From assembly GCA_965601925.1 (NCBI GenBank), contig OZ271854.1, positions 3,488,001-3,552,000 on the forward strand: a stretch of 64,000 nt of DNA, given 5' to 3'. Under the pieces are notes generated by a model. It was not told where the DNA came from. It saw only the letters and a program-made list of their open reading frames with translations, and ran no database searches. This stretch comes from Alkalispirochaeta sp. (GTDB lineage Bacteria; Spirochaetota; Spirochaetia; DSM-27196; Alkalispirochaetaceae). The position numbers and the translations under genes were made by a program. Below, one piece after another: positions 9,643 through 18,654 of the stretch. Numbering within the stretch: the first letter of the stretch is position 1; every line of letters begins with the position of its first letter.

Positions 9643-11057
9643 GCCGCTCCCTTAAAGGCATCGATAATCTTCCGGACCTCTTCGACGCCGATTTTCGTCT
9701 CATCAGCGAGGTAACGGAGGTCCTCCGACGCGATCTCATCACCGGCATCCGTCTTGGCGAGGCAGTTGCGGATGTAGGATCTCCGTATCTTATCGAGATC
9801 GAGATCGACGGCCCTGATCTGCGCGGGATGCTCGGGCAGGATGATCGAACGTCCCGGGATCTCTTCTGCGGGATCACCGAAACGGATCTCGATGCCGTTG
9901 TTCCGGGCGAAGGAGAGTTGAGGTTGAATGTGCTTTCCCGCGCCGGTGTATTCCGTCTCTTGAACGACGATGGTCTCCCCCTCGTTCATCTCTTGAGCCA
10001 GAGAGAACGCGGCGGCGAGCGACACGTTTCCCGCGGGACCTCGTTCCAGGCCCTCGAGCTGTGCGAGGGCTTCGGTCATATAGAAAACCTCGCCCTGCCG
10101 GACGGTCACATAGCGGTCCATGTAGCGCAACGGGCGCGCCGCCGAGCGCGGTACGTCGGAGCGGTCGGGGTTCGTCGCAAAGGGAATGCCGAAACCGGTG
10201 TGCCCCGTGGTGAAAGACTTGCGGTTGAACTGTGTGTCGCTCGCCATGTGAAGCCCTGAGAGGTCCACGCTTGCCGCAACGATCTCCGTGTCGGCGGCGC
10301 CGGCCTTGGTGAGGCCCCGAGCGGTTCCCGTGATGTTTCCCCCTCCCGCGGTGGTGACGACCACCCCGTCGGGGTTGCGTCCCGTGAGGCCCGTCATCTG
10401 TTCCGAGATCTCGTATCCCAGGGTCTCGACCCCGGCTATGCCGAAGGGCGTGTAGAGTGAGGCGTTAAAGAAGCCCGTCTCCTCCAACAGCCGGAGGAAG
10501 GCGTAAAAGAGTTCCGGTCCTACGGAGAGTTGAACGACCTCGGCGCCGTACGCCTCGCACTTTCGAGCCTTCTCTATGGTTTCGGGCTGTCCTTTGCCGG
10601 CCGAGTCGTAACACTCCTGAACGATGATGCATTTTAAACCCCGCATGGCGGCCTGGCTTGCAACGGCGGCGCCGTAGTTACCGCTTGTGGCGGCGATGAC
10701 ACCGTTATAGCCGAGCTTCTCGGCGTGATAGACACTGATCGCGGCGCGCCGGGCCTTAAAGCTCCCGGAAGGGTTTGACGCCTCGTCTTTGAGGAAGATC
10801 CGCGCCCCCTTTCCCGGTGCGGCGACCGTGCGGCAAAGGGCCGTTATGCGTTTCAGCTCGTAGATCGGGGTGTTGCCGACCCCGGCGCCGCGCTGGATGT
10901 CGCGGATCTCCGGAAGGGAGTAGCCGACCTTTTTCATCATCCCCTCGTAGTCGAAGGCGATCGATCCCGATTCGAACTGCCCGTAGTCGATACCGACCGA
11001 GGCCTTCATGATTTCGCCCCTCCGGGCCATGAGGCTATTGTAGTCCTTAGCGGCCAT
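9639..11057 (-). CDS. ortB: 2-amino-4-oxopentanoate thiolase beta subunit (PLP fold II)
   Basis: NPSGSFKARRA, ATSGNYGAAVA, QFNRKSFTTGHTGFG, ETEYTGAGKH. Confidence 0.93.
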   Translation of the reverse strand: MAAKDYNSLMARRGEIMKASVGIDYGQFESGSIAFDYEGMMKKVGYSLPEIRDIQRGAGVGNTPIYELKRITALCRTVAAPGKGARIFLKDEASNPSGSFKARRAAISVYHAEKLGYNGVIAATSGNYGAAVASQAAMRGLKCIIVQECYDSAGKGQPETIEKARKCEAYGAEVVQLSVGPELFYAFLRLLEETGFFNASLYTPFGIAGVETLGYEISEQMTGLTGRNPDGVVVTTAGGGNITGTARGLTKAGAADTEIVAASVDLSGLHMASDTQFNRKSFTTGHTGFGIPFATNPDRSDVPRSAARPLRYMDRYVTVRQGEVFYMTEALAQLEGLERGPAGNVSLAAAFSLAQEMNEGETIVVQETEYTGAGKHIQPQLSFARNNGIEIRFGDPAEEIPGRSIILPEHPAQIRAVDLDLDKIRRSYIRNCLAKTDAGDEIASEDLRYLADETKIGVEEVRKIIDAFKGAA

Positions 11058-11364
11058 GACTCAGCTCCTCTTCGTCAAGTATGGCCCGGAGCTTTCGCCC
11101 GATCTGCAGGACCTCGGGGATGAGGCTGCCCCAGGCGTGATCGAAGCCCGGGTTATGCTCAAGGAGCTCGCCGGAGATACGGCGGCCGATAATCGTCTCG
11201 ATCTCGACGGTGTCACCGAAGGAGGCCTCTTTGTTCACCAAAAAGCCCTTGTCCCACATCTCCAGGGGAACGCCCTTCGTATCCTCCGGGACCTGGGGCG
11301 CCCGCTCCGAGGCCCGGAGTATCGTTTCGTGTATTCTGACCCAGTCGCCGCGTCTTGCATCCAT
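11047..11364 (-). CDS. ortA: 2-amino-4-oxopentanoate thiolase alpha subunit
   Basis: GDWVRI...L...ERAPQVPEDTK.VPLEMW.KGFL; between ord and ortB. Confidence 0.92.
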   Translation of the reverse strand: MDARRGDWVRIHETILRASERAPQVPEDTKGVPLEMWDKGFLVNKEASFGDTVEIETIIGRRISGELLEHNPGFDHAWGSLIPEVLQIGRKLRAILDEEELSHGR

Positions 11365-11367
11365 GGC

Positions 11368-12417
11368 TCACCTCTCGATCAAATCGCGCATGTCCCCCAT
11401 GACCGCCCGGGGCACGGGAAGGTCGATCATCGTCTTCAGGCCAGCAGAGGCGTTTATCACGTGGGGAATCATGTTGACGCACATGGCGATCGTCCCGACG
11501 CCCCCGGGGACCTCAGGCTTGATCGTCATATTGATGTCCGGAGTCCCTTTGATGCGGATGTAGTCCCCCGTGTCGGTGCCTTCGAGCTGGGGCTCGATTT
11601 GCTGGGGGTGGATCATCTTGATCTTCTCCTCGCCGTCGACGAATCCGGCGCCTTTCATGGTGCACCCCGCGACCTCGCCGGGTTGTACCTCGGCGTAGGG
11701 GGTCCTGCGGTGGACCCTCGAGACGATGGGCTCCATCGATTGGCGTACCGGCTCGCTGAGCTTCCAGCCGAGTGCCTCGGTGATCATGCCGACCGACTCG
11801 TTGAAGCCCACGTGACCGGCCAAGGTCTTGCTGCGAACCCCATCGGCAAACTGCTCCTCCGTAAGACCGACGCCCTGCTCCTCCATAACGGCGGGACCGA
11901 ACGGAGAGAGACTGTTGACCCGTTCCGCCTCGATCCGTTCCACGTCGATGCACGCGCCGGTCAAGGTGATCACCAGAAGATCCATGATGAGGCCCGGATT
12001 GATACCGGTGCCCAGGACGGTCGCGCCGTGTTCCTTGGCGATCCTGTCGAGCTTTTCGGCCAGCTCCGGTTCCGACGAGCGGGGAAAGGCCATCTCCTCG
12101 GCGGTAGAAATGACGTTCAACTTGTGTTCGAGGAGAAACGCGATCTTGTCGAAAGCCTCGGTCGTGAAGGAATCGGTGGCCAGGAGGGCGACATCGGCGC
12201 AGCCGTCGCTCACAAGGGATCCGATGTCGCTCTCGACGATGAGCTCCGGATGGTTGCCGCGATCCACATCCAAGAGGGCGTAAATACTTTTACCCTCCCG
12301 GTCGGGATGTTTGTCGCAGACTGCGGAAATCGCTACCCCTCGTTTCTTCAGGAGCATCTTGGCCATGCCGCTCCCCATGGCCCCGAAGCCCCACAATAAG
12401 ACTCTCAGATTCTCCAT
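11368..12417 (-). CDS. ord: 2,4-diaminopentanoate dehydrogenase
   Basis: WGFGAMGSG Rossmann motif, STAEEM, GTGINPG, GHVGF, PEVPGG.GT; start MENLRV after AAGGGGAG. Confidence 0.93.
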   Translation of the reverse strand: MENLRVLLWGFGAMGSGMAKMLLKKRGVAISAVCDKHPDREGKSIYALLDVDRGNHPELIVESDIGSLVSDGCADVALLATDSFTTEAFDKIAFLLEHKLNVISTAEEMAFPRSSEPELAEKLDRIAKEHGATVLGTGINPGLIMDLLVITLTGACIDVERIEAERVNSLSPFGPAVMEEQGVGLTEEQFADGVRSKTLAGHVGFNESVGMITEALGWKLSEPVRQSMEPIVSRVHRRTPYAEVQPGEVAGCTMKGAGFVDGEEKIKMIHPQQIEPQLEGTDTGDYIRIKGTPDINMTIKPEVPGGVGTIAMCVNMIPHVINASAGLKTMIDLPVPRAVMGDMRDLIER

Positions 12418-12469
12418 CGGTTCACTCCCCTTGTGGTGGAACGACATCGGCAACGTAGAATCGCTGCTA

Positions 12470-12489
12470 ATTACTACTACGATAGTGAT
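12470..12489. promoter_or_regulatory. Candidate TrmB-family operator 1
   Basis: ATTACT-N8-AGTGAT imperfect palindrome overlapping the predicted transcription start of ord. Confidence 0.5.
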
Positions 12490-12492
12490 TTT

Positions 12493-12520
12493 AGTATAGA
12501 CCAGCCTTCGGAGCTGTCAA
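12493..12520 (-). promoter_or_regulatory. Sigma70-type promoter of the ornithine operon
   Basis: Minus strand TTGACA (12520-12515), 16 bp, TATACT (12498-12493). Confidence 0.7.
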
Positions 12521-12593
12521 GACCCATGTGCTTCACCGAAGGAAGGCACTTTTTTTTTTGACCGTCGGAGGAGTCGAATCGATACCGCACGCT

Positions 12594-12614
12594 ATCACTT
12601 TTTTTGGTAGTAAC
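12594..12614. promoter_or_regulatory. Candidate TrmB-family operator 2
   Basis: ATCACT-N9-AGTAAC; its reverse complement shares TTACTAC...AGTGAT with operator 1; upstream of arcC remnant. Confidence 0.45.
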
Positions 12615-12652
12615 GACTCGGCCGAACTCGAGCATCGAAAAGGGAGAAGCCG

Positions 12653-13049
12653 ATGGATGAACGGAAGATAGTCGTCGTCGCCCTCGGTGGAAATGCGATC
12701 ATCCAAAAAAGGCGCGCAGGGGGATATCCACCGGCAGTTTGCCAATACACGCATCTCGATGGGAGAGGTGTTCAAGCTGATACAACGGGGCTATAGGGTG
12801 TTCGTGACGCACGGTAACGGTACCCGGGTGGTAGACCTAATGCTCATTGACGGACAAGGCTCTGGAGATCTTGCCTGAGACGCCCTTGCGGTCGCCGACG
12901 TCATGACCGCCGGTTCCATGGGACCGAAGATCCTTGCGGCGATCGAGTTCGTCCAGGCGAATCCGGAAAACAGGGCGATTATCACCGACGTGGAGCACCT
13001 CGAAGATGCCGTTCGGGGAGAGGCGGGAACGGTGATCAGCGCGTACTGA
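12653..13049 (+). pseudogene. arcC: Carbamate kinase pseudogene (frameshift, in-frame stop, large internal deletion)
   Basis: MDERKIVVVALGGNAI, then after +1 shift VFVTHGNG, TGA at 12876, then AGSMGPKILAAIEF...AIIT...GEAGTVI*; about 130 codons versus about 310 aa for typical ArcC. Confidence 0.85.
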
Positions 13050-13064
13050 ATCGATCCGGACGCG

Positions 13065-13886
13065 TCATTGGCCGTATTTCTGCCGGAGTCGTTCGAAGTT
13101 CTTACCGAAGACCTCATCTACCGTATCACCGAGATAGTTTTTCACCTCGGCGATGTAAAAATCGTGAATGATGAAACCCTCGATCGATTTGATCAGCCCC
13201 TTGTTCCGCGTCCAGACCGACTGGCACGGGGATATCCCTCCCAAGCTCCCGGCGATGCAGACGTTGGAATCCACGACCAGGTCGAGGGACCTTCCGCTTT
13301 CGGCGATGTCGTTGAGGTTTTCGATGCTGTGGTAATGTACCTCTCCGAACTCCGGTTCCGCCGTCCCGTAGAGGAGAATCAGGATTCTGGCCCCCCGCTT
13401 CTCGGCCTTTCGGAACGCCTCTTCCAGGACCTCGAGCTCCTCGTCCCAGAGCCCGACGAAGATCTTTTCTTCCGCTTGGGCGATGAGCTCCGCGGCCATC
13501 TCAAGCGCTTCGGTCCGTCCCGACAGGTTCCATACGGGGTCGAAATCGGCGGTGAACTGGATGGAATCGAGCTGCTCTTTGAGCTCCGACGTCAGCTTCG
13601 AGTTGTCCCGCCGCAGGCGCGCCACGAGCTCCTCGGGAGAGATGGGAGAAAAGAGCTCCGGGTTCGTCCCCTTGGACGTCACATATCCCCGTTTGATCAA
13701 GCGCCGGGTGGTATCGTACACGCGGGAATGCGGAACGCTTGAGTTCTTCGAAATGCTGTACGCGCTCATGGGGTGGTCATCGAGAAGGGCCATATAGACC
13801 TTGCCCTCGTACTCGGTGAAACCGAGCTCCTTTAAATTGCCTATAATCGCATCCGTCGGTGCACCGCTCGTCTTGCGCTTCGTCAC
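13065..13886 (-). CDS. TrmB-family transcriptional regulator
   Basis: LKELGFTEYEGKVY.ALL, S.VPHSRVY wHTH plus PLD-like effector domain; probable GTG start 13886 (ORF extends to 13973). Confidence 0.88.
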   Translation of the reverse strand: MTKRKTSGAPTDAIIGNLKELGFTEYEGKVYMALLDDHPMSAYSISKNSSVPHSRVYDTTRRLIKRGYVTSKGTNPELFSPISPEELVARLRRDNSKLTSELKEQLDSIQFTADFDPVWNLSGRTEALEMAAELIAQAEEKIFVGLWDEELEVLEEAFRKAEKRGARILILLYGTAEPEFGEVHYHSIENLNDIAESGRSLDLVVDSNVCIAGSLGGISPCQSVWTRNKGLIKSIEGFIIHDFYIAEVKNYLGDTVDEVFGKNFERLRQKYGQ

Positions 13887-14124
13887 CCGCCTATGATCCG
13901 CCGCGATTCCCGTTTCGTCAATCGTCACGGGTGCGGGAACGGATCGGGCCGGTATGCAGCCGCGACGATTCACGTTCGCGTCGCGGAAACCCGAGACGAC
14001 GGAATCGGGCTTCCGCCGACACCCGGAGGACGTCCCGAGTAGTGAGACCCAGCCGGACAGTCTCAGAATAGATGCCTTGCCACGGATAAAGAGTAAACGT
14101 CGAATGTGCTATGATTGAAGTACG

Positions 14125-15318
14125 ATGAGTGACGCGCAGCAAACGGCCCAGGATCCCTTCGGCTTTCTCGGTTCTTCGTTCTCCTTTCGGAACAATCAAG
14201 ACGAGATACGGCGCAACCTCACATTGATCATCAGGATCCGCTGGTTCGTCTCACCGAGTATTCTCCTCATCATGGTCCTCGCGGGCTTGATCGGTGTAGC
14301 GAACCAGTTCACCTTCTCGATCGAGCAGATTGCGATCAACGGTGTCAACGTCCTCATCATGCTCATGCTCAATCTCTGTTACACCGTTCTCGCTCGGCGA
14401 GTTGAGGACCTCGGCCCGCTCGTCGTTCTCCAACTCATGATCGACGTCATTCATTTTGCCTTCACCGTGTACAAGACCGGAGCGGTGACCAGTCCTTTTA
14501 CGTTCCTCTTCTTCTTCGTGATCTTCTCCGGAGCGCTCCTCGTATCGGGACGCACCGCGTACTTCATAGCGGGCATCTCATCGTTCCTGTACGGAGCCAT
14601 CGTACTACTCGAGCGAATCGGGATCATACCGCATCAGGCGTACTTCAGTCCGTTCTCCGGTCTGCAGGAGAATCTTTCCTATTTCTTCTTGAGCGTCGGC
14701 TTCACGATCGGCTCGATGTTTGCGTTTGCCGCCCTTGCGGCGTTTCTCACCGGTCTGATCCACCGCCGTCAAGAGGAGCTGCGAAAGACGGTGCGGCTGC
14801 TGCGCGAGAAGAACGATACGATGCTCATGCTCTTCCGGACGGCGGAGACGCTCAACCGGCACGTACAGATCGATGAGGTCGGCGAGTACGTCCTCGACCA
14901 GTTGATGGGCCATCTCGATCTCGATCGTGCATTACTCTATCTCGTCGAGGGCGACGTGCTGAGGCTCCTACTCGTGCGGACTAGAGGCGGCCGCACCGAC
15001 GATTCGGTGACTCTCGAGATTCCACTCACGATCGAGTCGGGGCTCACCGCCCGCGTCGCGATAGAGCAAAAGGCGTTCAACGTCCGCGAACCGGAACGGT
15101 CCGAGCTGATCAATCGAGAACTCGCCAAGAAGGTCGGTCTCAACCCCTTTGCGATCGCACCGCTGGTGCTTCGCGGCCGCACGGTCGGAGTGATCGGCAT
15201 CGATCGCAGCGACCATCCGATCAAAACCGAGGAGTTTCAGGTGCTCAAGGCGTTCGCCAACCAAGCGGCGATTGCGATCGACAGCGTTCGTCGCGTCGCC
15301 GCGTCGGAGCGCACGTGA
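14125..15318 (+). CDS. Membrane protein with about 6 TM helices, coiled coil and C-terminal GAF domain
   Basis: Hydrophobic N-terminus with IRW and TG..TSPF; C-terminal APLVLRGRTVGVIGIDR...FANQAAIAI. Confidence 0.8.
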   Translation: MSDAQQTAQDPFGFLGSSFSFRNNQDEIRRNLTLIIRIRWFVSPSILLIMVLAGLIGVANQFTFSIEQIAINGVNVLIMLMLNLCYTVLARRVEDLGPLVVLQLMIDVIHFAFTVYKTGAVTSPFTFLFFFVIFSGALLVSGRTAYFIAGISSFLYGAIVLLERIGIIPHQAYFSPFSGLQENLSYFFLSVGFTIGSMFAFAALAAFLTGLIHRRQEELRKTVRLLREKNDTMLMLFRTAETLNRHVQIDEVGEYVLDQLMGHLDLDRALLYLVEGDVLRLLLVRTRGGRTDDSVTLEIPLTIESGLTARVAIEQKAFNVREPERSELINRELAKKVGLNPFAIAPLVLRGRTVGVIGIDRSDHPIKTEEFQVLKAFANQAAIAIDSVRRVAASERT

Positions 15319-15466
15319 TTGCGAACGCTCCGGCCACGCACTGAACTCCGCGGTGTCGACAGCCGGATTGGAGACGAGTTCCCCGTCGGATACCCTCGTC
15401 CACGCTGCGCCGCAATGCTTGCGATACCTCGGTCGGTCGAGCATGTACACAAACTCTCCGCCTCCC

Positions 15467-16462
15467 TCACCGTACCTCGTCGACGGCGCGATACCCGTGC
15501 CGGTAGCGTCGACGGTACGCCGTCGGTGTAAGGGACGTGAAGGTCTTGAACTGCTTGCGAAGCGAGCCGAGATCGTCGTAACCCAAGCGGCCGGCGATCT
15601 CCTCAAACGTCAGATCCGAGGTCTCGAGCATGCGCTTGACACGTTCGACCGAGACGCGGCGAATGAACCATGACGGTGTCTGCCCCGTCGCACGCTTGAA
15701 ACGTCGTGTCAGCGTCTTTGTCGTCATATTCGCGCCCTCGGCGAGGCGGTGCACCGTCTCATAGCCGCTCTTACTCTCCAGTACGTGCTTCTGAATCGCG
15801 GCGACCTCCGTATCTCCGTGGTTCAAAAAAGGATTGAATATGGCGTACAGCGACTGGGCCGGTTTGGCGTAGTCGATAAGGAGCATTTGGGACGCGGCGA
15901 TCGCGGTGTCTTTACCACAATACTTCTCCACCAAATAGACTATGAGGTTCATGAAGGACGTGGCACCGCCGGCACAATAGAGGGTACCGTTGTCGATGAT
16001 GATTCGCTCGTCCTCGAGACGTACGTTCGGATACATCGCGCGGAAGGTGTCCGCCATCGCCCAATGGGTCGTCGCTCGTTTCCCGTCGAGAAGCCCGGTG
16101 GCCGCAAAAAGAAACGATCCGGTGCACATGCTACCTACCTCGGCTCCGCCGTTGTGAAGGCGCACGATGTGTGGAATACAACTCGCGTTCGCCGCCAGTT
16201 TCTCCTCGATATCGAAGTCGATAGCCGGAATCAGAAGGAGATCGGTCGCCGCGACATCCTCGATAGTTCTGTCGCACCGGAGCGCGTATCCATCCTCGAA
16301 TTGCAGCGAACCCGGCCGCGCCGAAACGAGCGCAACGTCGAAAAAGGGTTTCTCGGTTCCCGTTCGTTGGGCGTGAATGACGCCGGACTTTCTCAAAAGC
16401 TCCATGGCACCCACCGGAGCGATGGGAGTGCAGTGCTCCAAAGCGAGGACTGTGACGTTCAT
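15467..16462 (-). CDS. GlxA-family (DJ-1/PfpI + AraC) regulator
   Basis: SMCTGSF.FAATGLLDGKRATTHW; TLTRRFKRATG.TP; LGYDD...F......TPTAYR. Confidence 0.9.
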   Translation of the reverse strand: MNVTVLALEHCTPIAPVGAMELLRKSGVIHAQRTGTEKPFFDVALVSARPGSLQFEDGYALRCDRTIEDVAATDLLLIPAIDFDIEEKLAANASCIPHIVRLHNGGAEVGSMCTGSFLFAATGLLDGKRATTHWAMADTFRAMYPNVRLEDERIIIDNGTLYCAGGATSFMNLIVYLVEKYCGKDTAIAASQMLLIDYAKPAQSLYAIFNPFLNHGDTEVAAIQKHVLESKSGYETVHRLAEGANMTTKTLTRRFKRATGQTPSWFIRRVSVERVKRMLETSDLTFEEIAGRLGYDDLGSLRKQFKTFTSLTPTAYRRRYRHGYRAVDEVR

Positions 16463-16568
16463 TTCCGATTCTCCTCCACCTATTGTCCTTTTTGCCCCTT
16501 AAAGGGGCGTAGGGGCGAGTGTCAGTATATACCGCAGATCGTAGGAATCAACGATAGGAGGAGAAACG

Positions 16569-16883
16569 ATGAGCAGTTTTGTCGTGATGACGAGAACTTT
16601 TTACGAACCGCACGTTCGAGAGCGCGTCGTGGCGGCAGCCGACGGAGCCTTTCCGATCTTCAAGAAGCAGCCCGGATTGATCTCCATACGGATGCACGAG
16701 GACCACGAGCGCACCCATACCATGACGGTCATGGAGTGGGACAGAAAGGAGAGCCATGAAGCGTGCCTGCAGAGTCCCGACTTCGGTAGCTGGAACGACG
16801 AATGGAACTCGATACTGTCTACCGGCGCCGCACGGTGGGAGCTCTTTACCTACGAAGTATTGCACGACCACCGTCGCGTGTAG
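16569..16883 (+). CDS. Antibiotic biosynthesis monooxygenase (ABM)-family protein
   Basis: QPGLIS, EW...ESHEAC..SPDF; strong GGAGGAG RBS; divergent from GlxA regulator. Confidence 0.75.
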   Translation: MSSFVVMTRTFYEPHVRERVVAAADGAFPIFKKQPGLISIRMHEDHERTHTMTVMEWDRKESHEACLQSPDFGSWNDEWNSILSTGAARWELFTYEVLHDHRRV

Positions 16884-16884
16884 T

Positions 16885-16942
16885 CCCTCGCCGCGGGGCC
16901 GCCGCTCCGGACGAGGAGGGCGGCTCCGCCTCGCGGCGAGGG
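16885..16942. terminator. GC-rich inverted repeat between convergent genes
   Basis: CCCTCGCCGCG...CGCGGCGAGGG arms; no U-tract. Confidence 0.4.
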
Positions 16943-16943
16943 G

Positions 16944-17450
16944 TCACAGCACGGTCTTGAGCGAGGCCACCCACGCCTCGATGCGTCCGTCGGTTTTGTC
17001 ACTCTGATTATCCTCATCAACGGCGAGGCCGACGAGCTTGCCGTTCCGTGCGGCCCGCGATTCGTCGAACGTATAGTCGGCGATATCGGTATAGCCGACG
17101 ATCGTCGCTCCCGCCTGCTCCGCCGTCTCGGCGAGGATACCTAATGCGTCCGCAAACGAGTCGGGGTAGCTCTCTTGATCTCCCGTTCCGAATACGCCGA
17201 CTTTGAGACCGCCCAGATCGGCGCCGGCAAGTATGTCCAGTTTTGCATACCAATCGTCCTGAAGATCGCCGATACCCCAGGTCGAGCTACCCAGTAACAC
17301 CAGATCGTACGCGTTCAAAGAGGAAAGGGTGTCGCCGCCCAGGCTCGTAACGTTTCGTGATGTCGCACCGTCAAAGGCCTGCGTAATTCTTTCGGCTATA
17401 TCCTCGGTGGCGCCGGTACTGGAACCGTATATGATGAGTACCTTGCTCAT
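16944..17450 (-). CDS. fldA: Long-chain flavodoxin
   Basis: YGSSTGAT, STWGIGDLQDDW, FGTGDQ.SY.DSF, GLAVDEDNQ; start MSKVL after AAGGAG. Confidence 0.93.
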   Translation of the reverse strand: MSKVLIIYGSSTGATEDIAERITQAFDGATSRNVTSLGGDTLSSLNAYDLVLLGSSTWGIGDLQDDWYAKLDILAGADLGGLKVGVFGTGDQESYPDSFADALGILAETAEQAGATIVGYTDIADYTFDESRAARNGKLVGLAVDEDNQSDKTDGRIEAWVASLKTVL

Positions 17451-17485
17451 ACCGTATGACTCCTTATCCAAAGTGGAATAACACG

Positions 17486-17503
17486 AGTTAATCATGACTA
17501 ACT
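17486..17503. promoter_or_regulatory. Palindromic operator upstream of flavodoxin
   Basis: AGTTAATCATGACTAACT, an 18-bp palindrome with one mismatched pair. Confidence 0.5.
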
Positions 17504-17554
17504 TATTTTTTCAAGTAAAACTCGAAACCGTCTCGTCATAAGCGAAGCGGCACG

Positions 17555-18496
17555 CTATCCATCGCCCGCACGGATGTAGATATCCTCGGCGCATACGCCG
17601 TAACTCTCGTCACGCTCGTCATTTCCCGATGGTTCCAGATGGACGACGACGTCGTAGACCGCGTCAAGGCGATCTTTGATAGCCGCCTCCGTCGCCTGCG
17701 CGATTCGGTGCGCCGCCACCACGGTCAGATCGTGTGCGACTTCTATATCCAGGATGATCGCATACAGATTACCGAGCTTTCGGACGCGGACGCGGTGGGG
17801 ATTGCGCGCCGCCGGTACGCGCTCCACCGCTTCGAATACTTTGCGGTATACCTCGGGGTTGTCGACACCGTCCATGAGCTCGGTGGTCGAGAGAAAATAG
17901 ATCTGCAGAGCCGTCTTGATAATCCACACACTCACAGCCAACGCGGTAAGCGTATCGATGAGAGGCATTTCCAGCACCTGCGTCGCCGTTACACCGATGA
18001 TCACGGCAGCGGAGATGATGATATCGTTTTGCATGTTCCGTGCGTCGGCGAGGAGGAGTTCGCTGTCGAGACGACGGCCCAATCTGCGCTTGTAGACGGT
18101 AAGGAGCATCTTCACCACGATGGATACCGACGATATTACGAGCGCCGGTATACCGGGAATCGTACCGCTGCTTCCGGCGACGAGGTTCCGGACTGCCGCG
18201 ACGACCAGTTGGAAGCCGGAGAAGAAGATGAAAAAAGCCAGCAGCTTCGTAGCCACCGTTTCGGCGCGTCCGTATCCGAAGGGGAAGCGGCGATCGGGGG
18301 GACGTAGAGAGACGTAGGCGGCTATCAACGCGACGGTCGAGGTCACGATATCGGTGCCGGAGTCAATTCCGTCGCTTATGACGGCAAAGCTTGAATCGAG
18401 CACGCCGACGACGATTTTTGCGACCGCAAGAGCGGCGTTGACGACGATCCCGATCCACGATGCGCGTATTATCTGCCGTGCGCGCTCTCTATTCAT
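17555..18496 (-). CDS. Cation diffusion facilitator (FieF-like) transporter
   Basis: DGIDSGTD, PPD..FPFGYGRAE, ADARNMQND, LDIEV, AHRIA, VVHLEP; probable start MNRERAR. Confidence 0.9.
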   Translation of the reverse strand: MNRERARQIIRASWIGIVVNAALAVAKIVVGVLDSSFAVISDGIDSGTDIVTSTVALIAAYVSLRPPDRRFPFGYGRAETVATKLLAFFIFFSGFQLVVAAVRNLVAGSSGTIPGIPALVISSVSIVVKMLLTVYKRRLGRRLDSELLLADARNMQNDIIISAAVIIGVTATQVLEMPLIDTLTALAVSVWIIKTALQIYFLSTTELMDGVDNPEVYRKVFEAVERVPAARNPHRVRVRKLGNLYAIILDIEVAHDLTVVAAHRIAQATEAAIKDRLDAVYDVVVHLEPSGNDERDESYGVCAEDIYIRAGDG

Positions 18497-18654
18497 GGGA
18501 CGTAAGAGTATAGTGCGCGGCATGCGGGATTGAAAGGGGCGCCGCCCGGGAGACGGATTCCACCTTTGCATACATCTACGCGTGGGCCACTGTTCAAACG
18601 GAAGCAAACATGTGCACCATTCTTCTAAGACGGTACACGTAAGGGGGAATAGCC

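Noticed and set aside
4491..12399. Long overlapping ORFs (e.g. 4491-5858, 7107-8159, 11056-12399)
   Set aside because: Shadow frames of real GC-rich genes, with Arg/Gly-rich or antisense codon patterns
12876..12878. TGA in arcC as a selenocysteine codon
   Set aside because: The position is not a Cys site, and the gene also carries a frameshift and a deletion
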